Source: a virus
Reading direction: 5' to 3' (one strand)
Length of the DNA stretch: 21,737 nucleotides
Virus record (IMG/VR): IMGVR_UViG_3300023192_002962
Span: 1 to 21,737 of that record
The notes under the pieces: model-generated
Seen by the model: the letters and a program-made list of their open reading frames with translations, nothing else
Database searches by the model: none
Told to the model about the DNA's origin: nothing
In this document: one piece after another, positions 16,607 to 21,737 of the stretch
Layout: each line of letters starts with the position of its first letter
Numbering within the stretch: position 1 is the stretch's first letter
Translations under genes and position numbers: made by a program

Positions 16607-17819
16607 ATTTTTACAGCCTTTTTCAGATGAACAAGAGCATACAGTTGATTACCATTGGAACTCTGCTGAACAAACTCCAAAATCAATTATAATAACTATA
16701 GATGCTACTCATGCAGGTTATAGAAATAAAAATGGTTTCTTCTATGACCCTAAAGCCATGAAGTATTCTGTTGAACGAGATTCATGGACAAAACCGTATG
16801 GTAAACCTTTACTTAAGAATCATGATATGGAAAGCGAACCAATGGGTAGAGTAACTGCAGCTAGATTTATAGATACAAATGATGGTAAAGGTTATACACA
16901 ATTAGATGTTAAGGTTACTGATACAGAAGCAATAGGAAAGATAGTGGATGGACGGTACCTTACTGTTTCTACTCACGGTAGTCCTATGACGGATGCAGAT
17001 GCAGATTATAATTTTACAATTTGTTCAGTTTGTAATACTAACCTTAATACTGATGAGTTTTGTGGACATATGAGGGGTAGAGTGTATGAGGACGAAGATG
17101 AAAACAGTAAACTTTGTTTTTGGAAAATAGGAGCTATGGATTATAAAGAAGTTTCAGTAGTAAACACTCCTGCTGATAATGATGGAAAAACAGCTGCTCA
17201 GATTACAGGTGTGCAATTAGCAATGTTAGATGGCGAGGATCCAGTTGTAGATAGGGATCAAAAGAATTTAAAACATAATAGTATGGTGTTTGCTGATAAT
17301 GACGTATCTTATGTTACAGATATTTCCTTTACTGAAACTCAGGTAGCTAATAGGGTTCTCTGGGAGTCAGTTAAAAAAGATAAAGAAGCATATATAGAAC
17401 AAAAAGGTTTAATATTTAAAAATACAGAAGAAAAAGAATTAGAGGAAGAGGTTGAAGATGCTACCAAGCTAAATCCTGGTAAGAAAAAAGATAGAAAACT
17501 TAAACCAGCTCCACCTGAAGAAAAGAAGAAAGATAAAAAAGAAGACGTTTTAGATAATATCACTTCTGAAATTAATGGGCATAGACATAACTGTATAGTT
17601 GATGATAAAGGTAATGGTATAGCAAATACTTCAGCTGATCATTCGCATGAGATAGAAGAATTTGAAATACAAGAGTATTGTGAAGATGGAATGGAACCAG
17701 GGTCTAATCACAATTGTCATTCCCATACCTTAGTTAAACCTGGGGATTCAGAAAACGAGATAGTTTTTAACGATTATGAAGTAAAGAAATTATTAACTGC
17801 TATAAAAAATTGTAGATAA
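16599..17819 (+). CDS. Prohead (capsid maturation) protease with His-rich C-terminal extension
   Basis: PLLKNHD..PMGRV, GRYLTVST, a CSVC..CGH Zn insert and EVSVVNTPAD fit the HK97/herpes-like protease fold; GAGGAG SD supports ATG 16599 rather than 16518. Confidence 0.85.
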   Translation: MNKFLQPFSDEQEHTVDYHWNSAEQTPKSIIITIDATHAGYRNKNGFFYDPKAMKYSVERDSWTKPYGKPLLKNHDMESEPMGRVTAARFIDTNDGKGYTQLDVKVTDTEAIGKIVDGRYLTVSTHGSPMTDADADYNFTICSVCNTNLNTDEFCGHMRGRVYEDEDENSKLCFWKIGAMDYKEVSVVNTPADNDGKTAAQITGVQLAMLDGEDPVVDRDQKNLKHNSMVFADNDVSYVTDISFTETQVANRVLWESVKKDKEAYIEQKGLIFKNTEEKELEEEVEDATKLNPGKKKDRKLKPAPPEEKKKDKKEDVLDNITSEINGHRHNCIVDDKGNGIANTSADHSHEIEEFEIQEYCEDGMEPGSNHNCHSHTLVKPGDSENEIVFNDYEVKKLLTAIKNCR

Positions 17820-17872
17820 TGATAAAAAATTATAACTAATTAATCGATTGACATAACTTAAAGGAGATTGAT

Positions 17873-18571
17873 ATGAAATTAGATAAAGAAATAGTGACTG
17901 AAGTTTCAGATACATTAAAAGATGCATCTAAAGAAAAGCTTGAGAGAGTTGATGGTGTTATCAAAAATTCTGATGTTTCTGAAGAAGTTAAGGAAGCCTT
18001 TAAGGAGTCCGTGAGTACTATTAATATCGATAAAGAACAAAAAATTGAAAATTCAGAAGAACCTAAAAAAGAGGAAGATGAAAATATGGAAGAAAAAGTT
18101 GTAGAAGATGTAGCTGCTGCTCTCAGTATACCTGGTATGCAACAGTACATTGACTCTCTTATAAAGGAAGCTATTAAAACGAATTCAAAGGAAAATTCTG
18201 AAGAAGAAAATTCTGAAAATTTAGAAAAACAAGATTCAGAAGAACAAAAAAAGGAAGAAGAAAAAGATGATAGCACTGGTATTTTAGTAGATTCTATTGT
18301 ATCATGTGCTCTTTCTTTAAAAACTTCTGAAATAAATCAAGAAGATATCGAAGGGTCTTCTACGAAGTATAGAGAATCTCTAGGTACAAAAAGTAAAGAT
18401 GAGCTAAAAAGCCTTCACTCAGACTTAATTACAAAAGTCAAAGAGCTCTTTACACGTAAGCCTAGCGTATCCTTGGAAAAAGAAACTTTAGTAGAAGATA
18501 ATCCTTCTGGTGACAATGAAGAAAAACCTGCAACAGACACGCAGAAAGTTCTTCAAGGTTACTTTAATTAA
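17873..18571 (+). CDS. Putative capsid scaffolding protein
   Basis: Highly acidic E/K-rich helical or low-complexity protein between protease and capsid genes; AAGGAG SD. Confidence 0.55.
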   Translation: MKLDKEIVTEVSDTLKDASKEKLERVDGVIKNSDVSEEVKEAFKESVSTINIDKEQKIENSEEPKKEEDENMEEKVVEDVAAALSIPGMQQYIDSLIKEAIKTNSKENSEEENSENLEKQDSEEQKKEEEKDDSTGILVDSIVSCALSLKTSEINQEDIEGSSTKYRESLGTKSKDELKSLHSDLITKVKELFTRKPSVSLEKETLVEDNPSGDNEEKPATDTQKVLQGYFN

Positions 18572-18597
18572 AAAAAAAATAAAAGGAGTAAATTAAA

Positions 18598-20088
18598 ATG
18601 GCTCATAAATTAGATTTTAAAGTAGGCAGTCAGAAAAAAAGAGGCCTTAAACCTGTTCCAGATAAGTATAAATTATCGGACGGAAGACCTAATATTTCTA
18701 TGTCAGATGGAATTGCCCCGGCGTTTCCACTTATACCTCATAAATATTTACCGGTATCGTTTCAGGATATTAATACCCAAGATTGGGTAGTTATCCCTAA
18801 AGGACGTTTAGTGTCCTGTCTCATCCCTATTGATAGTGATGATTTGAATACTGGTGTGTATGAAGCACAAGGCGGTGGTGGTCAAACGGCAATGTCTGTT
18901 AGTTCTGGAGAGTCCTATTATGGCGTCAGCAAGAACATTCAGGGACTTATTGTTCCAGCAAATGGTGGTGCTGATGTTCAATGGGAATATGGTAGCGACA
19001 GTGTAGGAGTTGTTCCAATGGATGCAGGTGCCGGAATGGTGACCTCAGCTAACGATTTCCTTGAGATTCCTGCAAATGCACCTATTGGGTGCATGGAGCA
19101 TGATGTGTATCAAGATCTCAGAGGTGCTAACCTTAATTATGATATGCGAAATAAAAACTGGGGAGTTTTGGCTGCTCAGCTTATTCGTTTACCAGCAGTT
19201 AATGTAACTGCATTTGCAACTTTCTCAGGAATAGCAGAGGGCTTTGTTGCGCAGAAAGCGGGAGAAAGCACAGCATATGAATCTGTTGTTACACTTGTTG
19301 AGTCTCTTGATGATCAGAGTCTTACATTTCCCGAACCACCAAACGGCGGTTATGGCGGTGAGGCGATCTTAACAGATGGACCTAATTTTGATCAAGGTGG
19401 AGCACTGATGACGGCAGGTTGTACAGAAGGAGATGCAGGATCAGGAGATTTTCATTGGCTTGGTGGATTTAGCCCTAATGGCAATAATACCCTTGTTATA
19501 CATGGCGCGTCAGGTTCGCCCGGTAATTCTTGTACTAACCAATTCGGCTCACTTACATCCGGAGCCCAGAAAATCAGCCTTACATATGCAGATGGAGATG
19601 ACGGATCAGGAGCACCTGTTGGAAGTGATGTTAGTCAAGGGGGAGCTGGAATGTGGCAGGACATTAAATGGGCTGGATATATTGCAGCAATGAAAAAGTA
19701 TGCATTTCTTACCTATAATGGAGAAAATGGCGATGGTTTTGGTGGACAATTACTTCAGTCAGATGGAGTTGGAAACTGGATGGCACAAGCTGGAGGAGTA
19801 CTATCACCAAAAACTGCTCAAACAGCAGGTAGACTCCTAGGTATAGATCGTAGATTTTCAAAGGATATGTTAGATGTCGTACAAGGTCCTTATGACCAGA
19901 AAGTAGCAGGAACTCAGACATTAGGTGTTCCTGATTTTCTGTATGACTTCGCTAAGACTTGTTTGGTAGGATCAGGCTACAATCTTGCAGCTTTTGGTGG
20001 TGGTGGAAAAGATGAAGCTTATGCGATCAAAGCCGCCATTGATATTGGTGTTTTTGGATACGCTTGGATCCAACTTAATATCCGATAG
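18598..20088 (+). CDS. Putative head decoration/structural protein
   Basis: Gly-rich 496-aa ORF directly upstream of the MCP, strong AAGGAG SD with A-rich leader, VVIPKGRLVS segment; function inferred from synteny. Confidence 0.55.
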   Translation: MAHKLDFKVGSQKKRGLKPVPDKYKLSDGRPNISMSDGIAPAFPLIPHKYLPVSFQDINTQDWVVIPKGRLVSCLIPIDSDDLNTGVYEAQGGGGQTAMSVSSGESYYGVSKNIQGLIVPANGGADVQWEYGSDSVGVVPMDAGAGMVTSANDFLEIPANAPIGCMEHDVYQDLRGANLNYDMRNKNWGVLAAQLIRLPAVNVTAFATFSGIAEGFVAQKAGESTAYESVVTLVESLDDQSLTFPEPPNGGYGGEAILTDGPNFDQGGALMTAGCTEGDAGSGDFHWLGGFSPNGNNTLVIHGASGSPGNSCTNQFGSLTSGAQKISLTYADGDDGSGAPVGSDVSQGGAGMWQDIKWAGYIAAMKKYAFLTYNGENGDGFGGQLLQSDGVGNWMAQAGGVLSPKTAQTAGRLLGIDRRFSKDMLDVVQGPYDQKVAGTQTLGVPDFLYDFAKTCLVGSGYNLAAFGGGGKDEAYAIKAAIDIGVFGYAWIQLNIR

Positions 20089-20091
20089 GAT

Positions 20092-20099
20092 TATAAATA
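20092..20099 (+). promoter_or_regulatory. Candidate late promoter TATAAATA
   Basis: Exact match to the T4-type late promoter consensus at the start of the intergenic region before the MCP; chance occurrence is plausible in AT-rich DNA. Confidence 0.3.
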
Positions 20100-20102
20100 A
20101 CT

Positions 20103-20220
20103 TAAGGGAGGTCTTTAACCAGTCCTCCCTTATTAACAGATTTAGAGTTACAACAAGTAAACTCCATATAGAGAGTATAACAAGTAGGCAGAGACTGAAC
20201 TCTGCTTTGTATGTTATCTA
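20103..20220 (+). promoter_or_regulatory. Structured 5' leader of the major capsid gene (three stem-loops)
   Basis: TAAGGGAGG/CCTCCCTTA (20103-20132); GAGTTAC/GTAAACTC (20145-20164); GCAGAG/CTCTGC (20188-20205), extended by ATAACA/TGTTAT. Confidence 0.6.
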
Positions 20221-20245
20221 AAATCAACAAAGGAGATAATAAGAC

Positions 20246-21613
20246 GTGAAAGTCAGAAAAACAACAAAAAAGCAGGCTCAGGCTCAGCAATTGATCTACG
20301 ATGTTTTTACCAACAACGGAGTTGTTGGCTTTGAAACAGAGGACAGAGATAAACTCGAACTTCATTTTGATTTTAAGGATGTCTTTAGAATAGATAATGC
20401 TTTGGCTAATGAACTACCAGAGTTTAAAGATGTATTTTATACTGAAGATTTAACTAGATATATTGGTACATCCATTACTAGGGTAGTTGAGGAAGCGCTT
20501 GAACCAGAACTTTTGGTAGTACCTAATTTGTTTCAACAAATTAAATACGAAGGTCCTGGTAGAACAGTAGAAATTGGATCTCTTGGAGCGATCCATGCCG
20601 CAGAAGTACCTGAAGGTCAGGAATACGAAGAAGCTGAATTTAACTATGGACAGGGATATATCATTCAATTGGGAATCGCTAAACATGGTTTGAAAATGCG
20701 CGTAACTGAGGAAGTTATAGCAGACAACTTATTCGATGTATTTGGCCTATGGCTTCGTATGGCAGGGAGAGCTTTAGCACGACATAAAGAAGAGTATGCA
20801 ATTAAATTAATTAATGATAGCGGTTACACCGTATTTGATAATGGTAGTCCTGACGATGCTATTATTGGAACTACCAACGGTAGAAATATTGAAGGCGTAC
20901 CTAATGGTTCTATGACCACTAGTGATATCTTTGATATGTGGATCTTTGGTTATCTGCGTGGCTTTAACTATGACACGCTATTAATTAATCCATTGGCATG
21001 GAAAGTTTTCATGAATGATACTAAACTTCGTGAAACTTTGCTATCAAATGGCGCTGTAGCTTCTAATAGAGGACCAGATGGTTCTGGTAGTAATACCGGC
21101 TTTGGTGTGGGTTCTTTTGGTAATAAGGGTTATCAGTATAATTCAACAGGAAATATGTATCCTAACGGTTCACAGATTCCTGGTGTTGATCCTTTTACTA
21201 CTCAATTGAATCCCTTGGGTTCGACTTTTAATATCGCCCCTAAGTATTTACCCTCACCGCTTAAAATTTTAGTTTCTCCATTCGTAGAGTATAGAGAAGC
21301 TAATTACGCAGCGGGGGCGGGTGCTTCGGGAGACGATGATCTTTATGTATGTGACATTATAATGGCCGATTCTCAGAATGCAGGTCTCTTGATGACTAAA
21401 GAAGGTGTTTCCATGGATGAATGGAATGACCCTGAACGCGACGTTCGTGCGATGAAAATCAAAGAACGTTGGGGTATGGCCCTCTTAGCACAAGGTAAAG
21501 GTGTTGCAGTTGCTAGAAATGTTGCGATCCAAGACAACTTTGACTTTGACAATGTAAATAGTCAGAATCTGAAGGAACTTGGTAGCAAAGATGCTTACAT
21601 AGCAGAAGACTAA
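20246..21613 (+). CDS. Major capsid protein (HK97-fold)
   Basis: AAEVPEGQEY, KHGLKMRVTEEVIADNLFDV, AGRALARHKE, DTLLINPLAW, KIKERWG; GTG start with AAGGAG at 20230-20235; follows portal-protease-scaffold. Confidence 0.92.
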   Translation: MKVRKTTKKQAQAQQLIYDVFTNNGVVGFETEDRDKLELHFDFKDVFRIDNALANELPEFKDVFYTEDLTRYIGTSITRVVEEALEPELLVVPNLFQQIKYEGPGRTVEIGSLGAIHAAEVPEGQEYEEAEFNYGQGYIIQLGIAKHGLKMRVTEEVIADNLFDVFGLWLRMAGRALARHKEEYAIKLINDSGYTVFDNGSPDDAIIGTTNGRNIEGVPNGSMTTSDIFDMWIFGYLRGFNYDTLLINPLAWKVFMNDTKLRETLLSNGAVASNRGPDGSGSNTGFGVGSFGNKGYQYNSTGNMYPNGSQIPGVDPFTTQLNPLGSTFNIAPKYLPSPLKILVSPFVEYREANYAAGAGASGDDDLYVCDIIMADSQNAGLLMTKEGVSMDEWNDPERDVRAMKIKERWGMALLAQGKGVAVARNVAIQDNFDFDNVNSQNLKELGSKDAYIAED

Positions 21614-21632
21614 GCAACTATATAAACTAGAT

Positions 21633-21668
21633 TAGGTTGAAGAGGGGAGATAACTCCCCTCTAACCTA
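21633..21668 (+). terminator. Strong stem-loop after the MCP (terminator or mRNA-stabilising hairpin)
   Basis: TAGGTT-ga-AGAGGGGAG-ataa-CTCCCCTCT-AACCTA; no U-tract follows. Confidence 0.6.
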
Positions 21669-21693
21669 TGATCATTAATCTCAAGGAGATATT

Positions 21694-21737
21694 ATGCCCA
21701 AGAAAGCTAAAGAAGCTGAGAAAGCTAAACAGAGCAT
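21694..21737 (+). CDS. Start of next gene (3'-truncated), MPKKAKEAEKAKQS...
   Basis: AAGGAG SD then ATG 21694; the frame is open to the window end. Confidence 0.7.
   Translation, partial: MPKKAKEAEKAKQS

Noticed and set aside
17848-17876. TTGACA as a sigma70 -35 box
   Set aside because: No acceptable -10 hexamer at 16-18 nt spacing; that position falls on the start codon.
19433-20221. Alternative-frame +strand ORFs 19433-19693 and 19985-20221
   Set aside because: They are nested in or overlap the head-protein gene and the structured leader, with no recognisable motifs.
523-20686. Minus-strand ORFs in the track (e.g. 6907-7476, 7680-8240, 17836-18276)
   Set aside because: All are antisense shadows of convincing +strand genes and show no recognisable motifs.
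1-21737. Stop-codon reassignment, as seen in some large phages
   Set aside because: Genes are full length and tightly packed under the standard code; TAG and TGA occur at sensible gene ends.
1-21737. tRNA, rRNA, CRISPR array or IS element
   Set aside because: No cloverleaf, regularly spaced repeats or transposase seen, and the intergenic space is too small.

Overview
AT-rich, almost entirely +strand, tightly packed segment of a large tailed bacteriophage (Caudoviricetes) genome read in the standard code. The right half is a head-morphogenesis and packaging cluster: probable TerS, two Gly/Ala-rich proteins, ribosomal protein bS21 (missed by the ORF track), a free-standing degenerate intein, TerL with a mini-intein, a large Cys-rich protein, portal, a tandem Com-like zinc-ribbon protein, prohead protease, probable scaffold, a probable head protein and the major capsid protein. 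The left half holds host-like accessory genes: the PhoH 3' end, a peptide-deformylase-like protein, GroES, a ClpP-like protein and an NTP-transferase-like protein. The most striking pattern is that several intact ORFs keep a recognisable enzyme fold but lack the catalytic residues (deformylase, nucleotidyltransferase, intein/Hint, partly ClpP). They sit beside translation-control genes and a structured leader upstream of the capsid gene. All family calls are by-eye motif recognition; no database search was run.
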